Shown here: one piece after another, positions 32,571 through 42,362 of the stretch
How the letters are laid out: each line of letters opens with the position of its first letter
How positions within the stretch are numbered: position 1 is the first letter of the stretch
IMG/VR virus record: IMGVR_UViG_3300033074_000806
Coordinates: 66,588 to 130,587 of that record
Origin: a virus
Taxonomy: Duplodnaviria > Caudoviricetes
DNA length: 64,000 nucleotides
Reading direction: 5' to 3' (one strand)
Program-made: the position numbers and the translations under genes
The notes under the pieces: generated by a model
What the model was told of the DNA's origin: nothing
The model's database searches: none
What the model saw: the letters and a program-made list of their open reading frames with translations, nothing else

Positions 32571-33125
32571 ATGGTAGACATCACTGGACTTTCTGGCCAA
32601 GTAACCGCTCTAGAACAGAGTGTTGCTAGTCTTACAACTTTATTGCTAGGAAAAATTTCCATAGAAACCTTAAATGCCTACCAGCAAGTAGTCAATCAAA
32701 GTGTAAATAGTTTTGATGGCACTTTAGTTAACTTAAGAGATAAAGTTAATACACTGCAAGGACTGTATTCTAATACTATCTTTACTGAAAATACTAGATA
32801 CGTTTTACAAACTGGAACAGATTATGCCTATGGCATAGCTCTAACTGGATTTTTAGAGACTACTGGAAACTATACATTTACTTCTACAGGGGCAAAGCAT
32901 ATAGCTGTAACCTTTACTGGAGATAGACTTATAACACTTCCTAATACTACTGGGGTTGTAGGAATGATGTATAGTGTTAAAAAGACATATACAGGAACTA
33001 ATATTATAACGATTACTGGACATAGCGCCGGTCATTTAATTGATGGCCAATTGACTAAAACACTTACAGGCAGCAGAGATAGCGCGATACTTAGAGCAGG
33101 ACCAACTGGCTGGTATCTATACTAA
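32571..33125 (+). CDS. Short fibre-like protein (coiled coil plus beta-sandwich tip), TG-rich
   Basis: Heptad-like N-terminus; ITLP...VKK....ITI......IDG...L...W pattern seen in phage fibre tips; 12 of 20 Gly preceded by T/S. Confidence 0.55.
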   Translation: MVDITGLSGQVTALEQSVASLTTLLLGKISIETLNAYQQVVNQSVNSFDGTLVNLRDKVNTLQGLYSNTIFTENTRYVLQTGTDYAYGIALTGFLETTGNYTFTSTGAKHIAVTFTGDRLITLPNTTGVVGMMYSVKKTYTGTNIITITGHSAGHLIDGQLTKTLTGSRDSAILRAGPTGWYLY

Positions 33126-35348
33126 ATGTCCTATAAATCCAAGAGCTTCTATGTAGATGTCTCTAAAGGCGCTAACTTCGGCGCCGTTACTGATAGTATA
33201 TCTAAGGATATCGGAGTAGAAGGGGATTATATAAAAGTTATTGAGGCTGTGTCACTTGGAAATGGTGACGTTCAATTAACTTTATATTATAGAACTCAAA
33301 ACAAAACTTCTGTCTTAGGGTTTTCGCCACCACCTGGGGCCATTGTTCCTTCTGGAACAGATATTAATCACGCTAGTATATTGTTTTCTGATAAGATCGA
33401 CTCGGCTAGATTAGCTAGTGGATCATTCTCATTTGATGGAAGTGGTATTGCCACTGGCATCTATGTAGAAAGTGGAAACTATATAGTAAGGGTGCTATTG
33501 CCACCAGGAGCTAGGACAGGAGGCGGCTACCATTCCCTAGAGATAAACTCTGATAAACTTTATTATCAGAATGCCAGCAACATTCAGCACTCTGCTATAG
33601 TTGCCTATAATATAAATGCCAAGGCTTCTCCACAGCCTGGTATGTCTGTGCCCTATACGTTTGATCTAGGGCGGCGAGGACTAATAGCTATAGAGGGTAT
33701 TGTTAGCGATAAAAGTTATTTGCCAGCAGATAGAATCAATCAATTTTTATCACAGAAAGGATTAACTAGTGATAGATTAATTGCAGCTACGTCAGTAGAT
33801 GTTTCAATAGACAAGGTATATATTTTCTTTGTCTACTTTAAAACATTAGAGCCGCAGCTACTATATGCTTATCCGTATGTCTATTCGTTAGCGATAGATA
33901 CAGCTGCTCCACGGGAAATAGTTTTTGTATTTAGAGAACCTTTAGATAGGAACTATACCTTAAATACTTTAGGACTATTCAAATTAGTTACTTCATATAA
34001 CACTGAAACTAATGTTCCTCTCAATAAGATAAGCGTTGACGCTGATGGACGATCAGTAAGAATAACTACTAGTGGCGTTATAACAAGCGCGGGCATCTAT
34101 GACTTTAGAATTGGAGCCCTAAGATCTGCAGATGGTAGCGTTTCTACAAGAGATATTATATATAGTATACAGGTTTTCCCCTATACAATTGATGGTGGAT
34201 CAGTAATTATAGCGGGCGGAACTACTGGTATAACAGGTATAGCTGGTGGTTTAGTTTTTGAAGACGTAGATAGAAAGATAATCAAAGTTAGTGGTGACGA
34301 TACTATAATTGTTTCAAGCGATCATATAAGCGTTGGAACTATTTATAATAACAATATAGCAAATAATACTATCTCTGGTGGTAAAATTGCTAATGGGCAA
34401 GTTGTTAGGTCTACTGTAATTAATGGCTCATCATTATATGATAACATAACTTTAACTGGAGAGGGTAGTGTTACAGTTTTTAATAACTCAAACACTATTG
34501 TTTTTAGCGGCAGTTATGGCACTGGTGTGGGTGGAGGTGCTGGAACAGGGATAGGGTATATTACTTCAGGTAATGAAACATCTACTCTACCTAATTCAAT
34601 TAGATTATCTACAGATTTTACAGTTACATCTCAGCAATTATTTGTTAACGAAGGCCAGATTGATCATAATTCTTTGGCCAATCTTAATGTCGGTGATCCA
34701 CATACTGGCTATATAAGAAAGAGTATAGCAACTACAAAAGGCGATTTAATCGTTGCAAGCGGAGCTGCTGATCTTTATAGATTTGGTGTTGGGGCAAATA
34801 ACTTAGTTCTCACAGCTGATTCTACAGCGCCCTATGGGATTACCTGGAGGGCGACTAGTGGTGGTATAACTGGTGAATACGTTCAAAGCTTTAACGGACG
34901 AACTGGTATAGTAACTGGTCAAATTAATGATTACTATTTTGATCAAATAAATACTGCTGAAATTTTCCAAAGCATTGGAGATCTAGTTATTGGAAGTGGT
35001 ATTGGAACTGGTAGAAGATTTCCTATCGGATTTGAAGGACAGGTTCTTACCTCAAGACTTAGCGATCCTTTAAAAGTTCGCTGGGAGTATATGTCCTCAT
35101 TCGGGCTAGTAGAAGAAGCTGGAGATCTTACTGACTTTTTATTACCATCTGGCTCAGTTCAGCATGCCCAAGTGCTAGTCTATAATAGTGGAGCAGTAAG
35201 TTCCAATATTACAGGGCAGTGGATGAATACCACACTAGTGTTTAATAGTGGATTAAGTGGTATTTATAATACTGGGACTAATACATTTTATGTAAACTCA
35301 CTAGCTGGGCTACAAGATTCTAGACGATATACTTTATTTATGATGTGA
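33126..35348 (+). CDS. Tail fibre protein, 740 aa, with Ig-like N-terminal domains
   Basis: TTKGDLIVA..VG.NNLVLTADS...GITW fibre repeat (twice), HNSLANL..DPH motif, VQSFNGRTG. Confidence 0.65.
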   Translation: MSYKSKSFYVDVSKGANFGAVTDSISKDIGVEGDYIKVIEAVSLGNGDVQLTLYYRTQNKTSVLGFSPPPGAIVPSGTDINHASILFSDKIDSARLASGSFSFDGSGIATGIYVESGNYIVRVLLPPGARTGGGYHSLEINSDKLYYQNASNIQHSAIVAYNINAKASPQPGMSVPYTFDLGRRGLIAIEGIVSDKSYLPADRINQFLSQKGLTSDRLIAATSVDVSIDKVYIFFVYFKTLEPQLLYAYPYVYSLAIDTAAPREIVFVFREPLDRNYTLNTLGLFKLVTSYNTETNVPLNKISVDADGRSVRITTSGVITSAGIYDFRIGALRSADGSVSTRDIIYSIQVFPYTIDGGSVIIAGGTTGITGIAGGLVFEDVDRKIIKVSGDDTIIVSSDHISVGTIYNNNIANNTISGGKIANGQVVRSTVINGSSLYDNITLTGEGSVTVFNNSNTIVFSGSYGTGVGGGAGTGIGYITSGNETSTLPNSIRLSTDFTVTSQQLFVNEGQIDHNSLANLNVGDPHTGYIRKSIATTKGDLIVASGAADLYRFGVGANNLVLTADSTAPYGITWRATSGGITGEYVQSFNGRTGIVTGQINDYYFDQINTAEIFQSIGDLVIGSGIGTGRRFPIGFEGQVLTSRLSDPLKVRWEYMSSFGLVEEAGDLTDFLLPSGSVQHAQVLVYNSGAVSSNITGQWMNTTLVFNSGLSGIYNTGTNTFYVNSLAGLQDSRRYTLFMM

Positions 35349-35357
35349 GATTTTGTT

Positions 35358-35693
35358 ATGTCTATGATAGAGAAATGCTTTTTTCAACAAACTTTGACTG
35401 GAACTAATAACATTGTTATGGTTACAGGCGAAACTAATACCAGTATTATAATTAGAAATATTAATCTATCTAATCTTAGTGGCACTAGTATCAATTATAA
35501 CTTATACTTTAGTATGACTGGTGGAAGTAGCTTTACAACTGGCCACATGCTTAGAAGATCTGGAGAGTTAAATCCTTACGAGGTATTTAGTTATGACCAG
35601 TTAGTGTGCTTCTATGGCTCTGGTAGCTTAGGGGTTCAGGCAAGCGCCGGCAATCAATTAACTGTCACTGTATTTGGTGCGAGTCTTACATGA
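35358..35693 (+). CDS. Small tail-fibre accessory/adaptor beta-sandwich protein
   Basis: 111 aa between two fibre genes; IIRNINLSN...LTVTVFG pattern. Confidence 0.5.
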   Translation: MSMIEKCFFQQTLTGTNNIVMVTGETNTSIIIRNINLSNLSGTSINYNLYFSMTGGSSFTTGHMLRRSGELNPYEVFSYDQLVCFYGSGSLGVQASAGNQLTVTVFGASLT

Positions 35694-38305
35694 TGAATTT
35701 CCCTAATAGGTTTACTGAAAGAGTTTACTATAACCCAAGTGCTTATAGTGGTCTATCAGTATTAACTCTAATAGGGAGCGCGCATCAATCTGGTAACTTA
35801 CAAGAATGGAAAAATAATGCGCTCACGGCATTAGCATATATAACTCCAACTGGAGGGTTCTTCGGGGCGCAAGTAATTGTTACTGGTAACATCTCAGGAG
35901 CTAATATATTAACAGCAGGGTTAGTTGACGGCGTAGATGTTTCTACCTTAGGCTCTAACTTTACTACACATACTGGTTCTTCCTCTGCCCATAATACAAC
36001 CTCTGCTATTGTTGGCATTTCTGATAGCCAAACCCTTACTAATAAGACAATAACAGGACTATCAAATATAGTTGCTGCAACACACCTTCAAGCAGGTGCA
36101 GGTCTTGTATCTATATCTGGTTCTGCAGCGCCCTCTACTGGATATTTATTGATAGCAAGCAGTTCTACTAATGCTGCTTGGCAGGCTCCTACAGTTTATT
36201 CCTTTACTGGCTGGGCTAGAATAACTGATGGCAGTGCTACAGCTACTGGTCACATTACTGGAGACACATTTAAACTTCGTAGTGCGAATAATATTTTGAC
36301 TGTTGGTATTACAGATAGTGATCCTACGCATGGCGATAATGCGTTATTTACTATAGTTCAATCAAATATTAATCATCAGTTGATCAGCGGATCTGGAGTT
36401 GTTACTCATGCGCAATTAGATACGCATGTAACATCCACCACTGGACACGGCACAACTAGTGCTGTAGTAGGAATAAATGATAGCCAAACACTAACTAGCA
36501 AAGTTTTAACAGGGCTAACTAATACAGTAGCTGCTACACACTTACATGCACAATCAGGACTTATACAGATAAGTGGCGCGGCTTTACCATCTACTGGCCA
36601 AGTATTAACAGCAGTTAGCTCTTCTTTAGCTACTTGGCAGCCGCTACCTGCAGACAGATACTTTACTGGTTGGAGTATTATTACAGACGGAACTAATAGA
36701 CTTACAGGATCTGCAACTGGTGATACTATTAAGTTTAGAGTTCCTAATACAATGCTATCCGTATCTGTTGTGGATAATGATGGCACCCATGGTGACTATG
36801 TTTTATATAGTCTAAACCCATCAAATATTCCACACACTGGGCTTTCAGGTGTTGGTAACGTAACACATACACAGCTAGATACACATGTTACTTCGACTAC
36901 TGGACATGGCACCACATCTGCAGTCGTTGGTATCTCTGATACTCAGACACTAACCAATAAGACTTTAACTGGCCTATCTAATCAAATATATGCTAGTCAT
37001 CTAATGGCTGGTCCAACAGGAGTTGTTATAAGTGGTTCTGCTCCTCCTACGTCTGGTCAAGTATTGACAGCTATAAGCGCAACGAGTGCGAGTTGGCAAA
37101 CTGTTTCTTCGACTGGTGGATCTTCAGCGTTCACTGGATGGGGAAGAATAATTGACAGCTCTAACAATCAAATAACTGGCTCTACTACTGGTGATTGGTT
37201 AAAGTTTAGATCTGCCGGTGCATCTTTAACTATAACTGCTAAAGATAATGATGCAACTCACGGCGATAACTTATTATTTACTATAGTTCCTAGCCAAATA
37301 TCTCACGCAAACCTAGGAAACTTAACTGCTGATGATCATCCTCAGTATGTTATTGGTGATGCCAGTAGAACCTCTGATCATATTTCATTAGTAAATGATC
37401 CTGGTAATAATTTTGTAACCCTTACTATTACACAAGGCACAGATCAAGCCAGTGCTAATCTTATTGAAGTTTATAGAAATGATTTTCAACCACTATTTAC
37501 TTTAGATAATGCTAACGGGGTTGGCGCCTTCTTTGGTCAATGCACTCAAAATAATGGCGTAGCTATTCTTGATCAATCAAATTTAACTTCAGCATTTAAT
37601 AAAACATTAACTGGCCTATCAAATAATATTAGTGCTTCTAGGCTCCAAGCTGGAGCAGCTATGGTTACAGTATCTGGGGCCTCAGCTCCAGCATCAGGAC
37701 AAGTCCTAACAGCCATTAGCTCTAGCGGTGCTACTTGGCAAAGTATAAGCATATCTGGAGCTACTTTTAATGGTTGGAGCTTAATAACAGACGGCACCAA
37801 TAACATTACTGGTTCAGCTACTGGAGATACATTAAAGTTTAGATCAGTTACTGGCGCGATAACAGTTGGAGCTGCAAATGCTGATCCTACTCATGGAGAT
37901 AATATTTATCTAAACTTAGTTCCTGGTCAAATAGCCCACGCCACTCTTGCGGGTATAGGAACTAAATCTCATGATCAAATAGAAACTGATTTATTGACTA
38001 TCAGTTTATATATATTAACACATGAAGGCAGCACATCAACTCACGGTGTAGTTGGTAACATAGTAGGAACAGCAAGCACTCAAACACTTACTAATAAAAT
38101 TATTACTGGCCTATCCAATACTGTAGCTGCTACCCATTTGCATGCGCAAGCTGGTTTAGTTATGGTTAGCGGGTCGGCCGCACCAACCTCAGGACAGGTG
38201 CTAACTGCAGTTAGTAGCACAGAAGCAACATGGCAAGATGGTGGAGGACCAGGTGGTGGTGTTTCATTTTCAACAGCAATGATGATAGCGAGTTTAAGAA
38301 TATGA
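35690..38305 (+). CDS. Long tail fibre protein built from alternating repeats, 871 aa
   Basis: Five module-A copies (QTLTNKT-type...GQVLTA..S..A.WQ; one lacks the QTLT start) alternate with four F[TN]GW..I[TI]D...D.THGD modules. Confidence 0.75.
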   Translation: MMNFPNRFTERVYYNPSAYSGLSVLTLIGSAHQSGNLQEWKNNALTALAYITPTGGFFGAQVIVTGNISGANILTAGLVDGVDVSTLGSNFTTHTGSSSAHNTTSAIVGISDSQTLTNKTITGLSNIVAATHLQAGAGLVSISGSAAPSTGYLLIASSSTNAAWQAPTVYSFTGWARITDGSATATGHITGDTFKLRSANNILTVGITDSDPTHGDNALFTIVQSNINHQLISGSGVVTHAQLDTHVTSTTGHGTTSAVVGINDSQTLTSKVLTGLTNTVAATHLHAQSGLIQISGAALPSTGQVLTAVSSSLATWQPLPADRYFTGWSIITDGTNRLTGSATGDTIKFRVPNTMLSVSVVDNDGTHGDYVLYSLNPSNIPHTGLSGVGNVTHTQLDTHVTSTTGHGTTSAVVGISDTQTLTNKTLTGLSNQIYASHLMAGPTGVVISGSAPPTSGQVLTAISATSASWQTVSSTGGSSAFTGWGRIIDSSNNQITGSTTGDWLKFRSAGASLTITAKDNDATHGDNLLFTIVPSQISHANLGNLTADDHPQYVIGDASRTSDHISLVNDPGNNFVTLTITQGTDQASANLIEVYRNDFQPLFTLDNANGVGAFFGQCTQNNGVAILDQSNLTSAFNKTLTGLSNNISASRLQAGAAMVTVSGASAPASGQVLTAISSSGATWQSISISGATFNGWSLITDGTNNITGSATGDTLKFRSVTGAITVGAANADPTHGDNIYLNLVPGQIAHATLAGIGTKSHDQIETDLLTISLYILTHEGSTSTHGVVGNIVGTASTQTLTNKIITGLSNTVAATHLHAQAGLVMVSGSAAPTSGQVLTAVSSTEATWQDGGGPGGGVSFSTAMMIASLRI
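35990..38240 (+). repeat. Degenerate intragenic A/B module repeats of the tail fibre
   Basis: Recurrent DNA such as actggcctatc and cat/cacgg(c/t/a)ga at module-spaced intervals; clear repeats at protein level. Confidence 0.75.
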
Positions 38306-39477
38306 TATTAGATACAACTTCAAAGATTTTAGAATTAACTACCGGAGCAAATGTTTCAACCGATTATTATGTTTCATATGTAGATATAACTACAACATCA
38401 TTAACGCCCGGATCTAATCAAGGTAACGTAGCAACTGCTGCTACCACAACTATAGTATCAGCTCCTAGTGCGTCTACTCAGCGGCATATCAAATTTCTTT
38501 CTGTGCGGAATAGAAGCACAACTACTTCTCAGACAGTTAATATAAAGCTTGATGTGTCAGGAACAGAATATAGAGTAAGCGCCGACATTACTTTGGCACC
38601 TGGGGAAGTGTTAGAGTATACTGAGTCTACTGGATTTAATACCATTACTTCTACAGGTGGTCGAAAATTAATATCCCAGAATAAAGCTGCCCTAGAGGGT
38701 AATACTTATGCATACATGAAAGTTGGCAGCGCTTCCGAAGCTGCTGGTGTTTGGTATTGTCATGCTAAAGATGCAGGCGCCCCAAGCACTTGGAACTGGT
38801 ATTTTGGAACTACTGGAATGAATGGTAGAGCTACAAATGGGCCGACAGAAACTGGTGTTCTTATCTGTCCAAATGCTTCAGGTGGTAATAATTATTTGAC
38901 TAGCTTTGTTGTATCAAGTAGCGTAGTCCATGCTCATTATTTATTTGATATCCTATGGATTAATACTGGTATAAATACTACAAGCACTGGTGTTCAAACT
39001 GTTAACTCTGCTGGATTTCCAGCTAGAGATGCTAATGGGACTACCGGAGGGGTTGGATTATGGGCAGGTATATTAGTCCATACAGCAACTACAAATGCTT
39101 CTGCATTAACAAATGCTATTATAACTTATACTAATGAATACGGGCAAGGCTCTAGAACTGGCAGAATACAAAGCTTTCCAGCTACAGCAGTGGCTGGCAC
39201 CGTGGCCTGGTATAATTTGACAGGCGGTGATCATGGCATACAAAGTATACAGAGTATACAATTTCCAACACTACCATCTGGCGGACCTATAAGTCTTATA
39301 GCTGCTAGAATGATAGCCGGCACTTCTATGGCGATAGCTAATCAAGGGGCTAATGCTCCTATAGATCCTACGATAGGAGTTAGATTATATGACGGCACTT
39401 GTTTAGTTCCAATGTATATTGGTACAACTACTACAGCTACTAATACAGTAGGCTCCTATACTATATCAACAAAATGA
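38302..39477 (+). CDS. Distal tail fibre/receptor-binding protein, about 391 aa
   Basis: Probable start is ATG 38302 (ATGA overlap with the upstream stop), giving MILDTTSKILEL; T/S/G-rich beta protein at the end of the fibre cluster. Confidence 0.55.
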   Translation: MILDTTSKILELTTGANVSTDYYVSYVDITTTSLTPGSNQGNVATAATTTIVSAPSASTQRHIKFLSVRNRSTTTSQTVNIKLDVSGTEYRVSADITLAPGEVLEYTESTGFNTITSTGGRKLISQNKAALEGNTYAYMKVGSASEAAGVWYCHAKDAGAPSTWNWYFGTTGMNGRATNGPTETGVLICPNASGGNNYLTSFVVSSSVVHAHYLFDILWINTGINTTSTGVQTVNSAGFPARDANGTTGGVGLWAGILVHTATTNASALTNAIITYTNEYGQGSRTGRIQSFPATAVAGTVAWYNLTGGDHGIQSIQSIQFPTLPSGGPISLIAARMIAGTSMAIANQGANAPIDPTIGVRLYDGTCLVPMYIGTTTTATNTVGSYTISTK

Positions 39478-40133
39478 ACATGACAGTTAACGAATTTGTA
39501 GAATCATTTATAGCTAAGAACAAGACTTTAATAAAAAATCTTTCTCGAAAATATTTGATACTCAATCGTTATAATTTTGATGATATATTACAGCATATTA
39601 CAACTACTATTATTACTATAATGACTAACCGTCAAAATAGTGATAATCCAATTAAAGAACCTGAAAAGTATTTTAGTGGCTGCTTAGTCTATTATATGAT
39701 AGAATATCAGCGCCAACATGGATTCATAATGTCATTCCCAAAGCGTCCAAGAAAAGATTGTATAGAAGAAGAGAAAGAAGCAAAGTCAAAAAAGTTTCAA
39801 TATTTAACTGAAGCTCATGACGGTGACACAGCCATGCTACATGATGGTTATATGCATCGTCAGTACAACCATGAACCAAGCAATACTTGGTCTACTCTTA
39901 CTGGTATTCTTTCTCCTAAAGATGCACAAGTAATTGATTGTTTGTTTGCTAAAAATATGACACTTATTGAAACTAGCAAATATTTAAATGTCGCCCAGTC
40001 AACTTGTCTCAATAGAAGAAATAAAGCTTTAAGAGATTTGTTTACATATTTTGATAATATGTCTGGTGAAATAAAAGACAATGTTAAAACCTTTCTCAAA
40101 TCTTTTCAAAAAAATGACGAATTCGACGAATGA
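39474..40133 (+). CDS. Sigma-70-family (ECF-like) RNA polymerase sigma factor
   Basis: Region-4 HTH LSPKDAQVIDCLFAKNMTLIETSKYLNVAQSTCLNRRNKALRDL; region-2-like FDDILQH. Confidence 0.65.
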   Translation: MNMTVNEFVESFIAKNKTLIKNLSRKYLILNRYNFDDILQHITTTIITIMTNRQNSDNPIKEPEKYFSGCLVYYMIEYQRQHGFIMSFPKRPRKDCIEEEKEAKSKKFQYLTEAHDGDTAMLHDGYMHRQYNHEPSNTWSTLTGILSPKDAQVIDCLFAKNMTLIETSKYLNVAQSTCLNRRNKALRDLFTYFDNMSGEIKDNVKTFLKSFQKNDEFDE

Positions 40134-40323
40134 TAATCTAGCTAAAGTTAAACAATACTTATTAACTTTAGGAAAAAATGAAGTTCTAGTGGTTAATAGA
40201 AAAGACGGCACTAGAGATTTTTATACATACAGTATGCTTACTGATGAGATAATAAAAAAAGCCGAGAGCAAAACTGCTGTTCCCGGCTTTACCTTCTTCT
40301 TCTTAGATGAAGAAGAGCTTTAG
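40114..40323 (+). CDS. Small hypothetical protein
   Basis: ORF filling the gap to the strand switch; ATG at 40114 preferred; stop overlaps the stop of the convergent gene by 4 nt. Confidence 0.4.
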   Translation: MTNSTNDNLAKVKQYLLTLGKNEVLVVNRKDGTRDFYTYSMLTDEIIKKAESKTAVPGFTFFFLDEEEL

Positions 40324-42362
40324 TAGGCTCGCCACTGAGCTGAGTCCCAGGAATTTCCTGTCCCAGTCTCGGTTATAATTGCTAGAGCCTTATCGCAAAG
40401 TTCCTTATCCACTAAATCTGGATACAAAGTCTTTGCTTCCTGGTAAATATAGGCTACGCCTATGACCCACTCAGCAAACCAACCGCTGGTAAATACCTTC
40501 TCACCGAACTTGGTATAGTCAGCTTCGGTTAGGCCAGCAGCTTCATAAGCAATGTTGTCCCAGAATACCCAGGCACCATTCTGCTTTGTAATACCATACT
40601 TAAGAATAGTTCTAGCAGTCTTAAGAGCTAGCTTGATATAATTTAAGTTAGCTGTATACTTACCAGTTCTATATAGTCCAGTGATACCTAGAGCATTATT
40701 CCATACAGTTATAGATGGAATACCGTTTAAGTAGTTTGGTTCTTTGACTACTTCTAGTGCTGCCATTTCAGTTTGGAACTCTGGTAGAGTTGTGATCCAT
40801 TCTAAAGAAGAATGATATCTATCATTTAATCTCTTTAGAAGTCTATCATCTCCTACACAGTAGTGTAGCCAACACATTGCGTCAGAATAGCGGCCCATTG
40901 CTCTTGGTGCATCAGAGCCAGTAGTTGAGACCTCAGGATCTATAGTTAGGCCACCTAGCTTTAGTTCAACCTCATCTTGTATTAGTTTCTTTAATAGGTT
41001 TGATCCTGTTAAAGCAAATGCGGCAGCTAATACGTTGCAGCTATCGTGCTGATTGTCTCGTGGCTTCCACCCATAGTCCTGATACTCTGGAGCTCCGTAG
41101 CCATCAACCAATGGCTTACCCATTCTATTGGGCGACTGTGAAGGGTGCCAGTGGGGTCTACCTGACCAGTAAACTAGTCTTGGTTCCATGTTTGCAGCTA
41201 TAACAATACTACCATCACTATTTCTATAGTGGCATGGTCTTAGTGCTTCTTTTATGGCGCTGTAGTATAGTTCTAGAATATACTGAGGGCACATAATTGA
41301 TACAGCTGGAGAGCCTTTTTCTACACCAAAATCTTGCTGACCACCAGTTTGACCTGGCCGTTTTGCAAGACCTAGTGGCGGGGCATCTTCCACAGATCCA
41401 ATCTGTTTCAACATCCATAGGAATCCATTGTGTGCTTCCTTTACCTGGTCACGGTTCTGCACAGCCGCAGCCATCTTACCAGATGGTCCCCATACACCTG
41501 ACCAGTTAGACATTCCATATATAGGGCCGTCTACCTCAGCGATAAGGTTATTTAATCTAAAGTTAGTGTCATCCTTAGTAGCTAATAGCGCGTCTACGGC
41601 TACAGGCTGCGAGCCGATAGGTGCCATAGAGGGCGGCAAGCATAGTAAGGACCCAACAATAGGGATACCCATGCCATCGCCAAGAACAAAATCATGAGCT
41701 AGGATAACAGTGTGCTTATTTTCGGCAGCTATAGGATCTGACATCCCATTAGATTTACCAAATAGTAGGTGCGGGTAGTCTCTAAACTCCATTGTTAGCC
41801 CGTCTATTTTTTGTTCCATAAAAGGAACAGACATGTCCGAGTTTATTATAACAAACTCAAAAGGAACAACATCCTGGTTAGAATAAATTGATAGCCAGCC
41901 ATGAATATGCAGAGTTTGCTGATTAGTCTTTAGAGTCCCGTAGGCCTCTACTACCTTAACAGCCTCTGTATCCTCTATTAGCTTTAGCTTAGATAGATCC
42001 CATGTGCTAGTATAGATATCTATTTTACCTTCAGCATTATAAAGTCCTAGCTTATAGGTTGGTAGTAGCTCTAGATAGTTATCTGATACCCATGGACTTG
42101 CAATCCAATTAGAGTTAAGTGGCGCCTTGAATGAGGTTAGGGATCCTTCTATTTCAGCTTTTGGCTCCATATTTTTGCATAGTATATGCAGGTTTTGCAC
42201 ATTGTCTGAGTGCTTGGTGCCTAATACGGCTGGATATATTGCTCTTGTGGAATCGGCTACAAACCCATAAAATGGCCCTTCTGGTATCTTAGAAGGGTTT
42301 ATAGTAATAGTCTTCCATTGGGTTCTATGAAAGGTTTTTGATCCGTTAGTTAGTATTATCAT
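40320..42362 (-). CDS. Hypothetical 680-aa protein, beta N-terminus plus probable alpha/alpha-toroid (lyase/hydrolase-like)
   Basis: TGGQQDFG, RPCHY, DNQH and PRAMGR motifs followed by helical repeats with conserved aromatics; coupled to the rmlD-like gene by ATGA. Confidence 0.4.
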   Translation of the reverse strand: MIILTNGSKTFHRTQWKTITINPSKIPEGPFYGFVADSTRAIYPAVLGTKHSDNVQNLHILCKNMEPKAEIEGSLTSFKAPLNSNWIASPWVSDNYLELLPTYKLGLYNAEGKIDIYTSTWDLSKLKLIEDTEAVKVVEAYGTLKTNQQTLHIHGWLSIYSNQDVVPFEFVIINSDMSVPFMEQKIDGLTMEFRDYPHLLFGKSNGMSDPIAAENKHTVILAHDFVLGDGMGIPIVGSLLCLPPSMAPIGSQPVAVDALLATKDDTNFRLNNLIAEVDGPIYGMSNWSGVWGPSGKMAAAVQNRDQVKEAHNGFLWMLKQIGSVEDAPPLGLAKRPGQTGGQQDFGVEKGSPAVSIMCPQYILELYYSAIKEALRPCHYRNSDGSIVIAANMEPRLVYWSGRPHWHPSQSPNRMGKPLVDGYGAPEYQDYGWKPRDNQHDSCNVLAAAFALTGSNLLKKLIQDEVELKLGGLTIDPEVSTTGSDAPRAMGRYSDAMCWLHYCVGDDRLLKRLNDRYHSSLEWITTLPEFQTEMAALEVVKEPNYLNGIPSITVWNNALGITGLYRTGKYTANLNYIKLALKTARTILKYGITKQNGAWVFWDNIAYEAAGLTEADYTKFGEKVFTSGWFAEWVIGVAYIYQEAKTLYPDLVDKELCDKALAIITETGTGNSWDSAQWRAY

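Noticed and set aside
481-37806. Short minus-strand ORFs inside the structural genes (and plus-strand ORFs inside 41-63.5 kb genes)
   Set aside because: They are antisense shadows of long coding frames, with no recognisable motifs.
38230-38301. Track start MARWWRTRWW for the last fibre gene
   Set aside because: It overlaps the previous gene's Gly-rich end; ATG 38302 in an ATGA overlap is more plausible.
35690-39477. Diversity-generating retroelement or invertible fibre cassette
   Set aside because: No reverse transcriptase or invertase, and the repeats are in-frame degenerate modules without an adenine-specific mismatch pattern that I could see.
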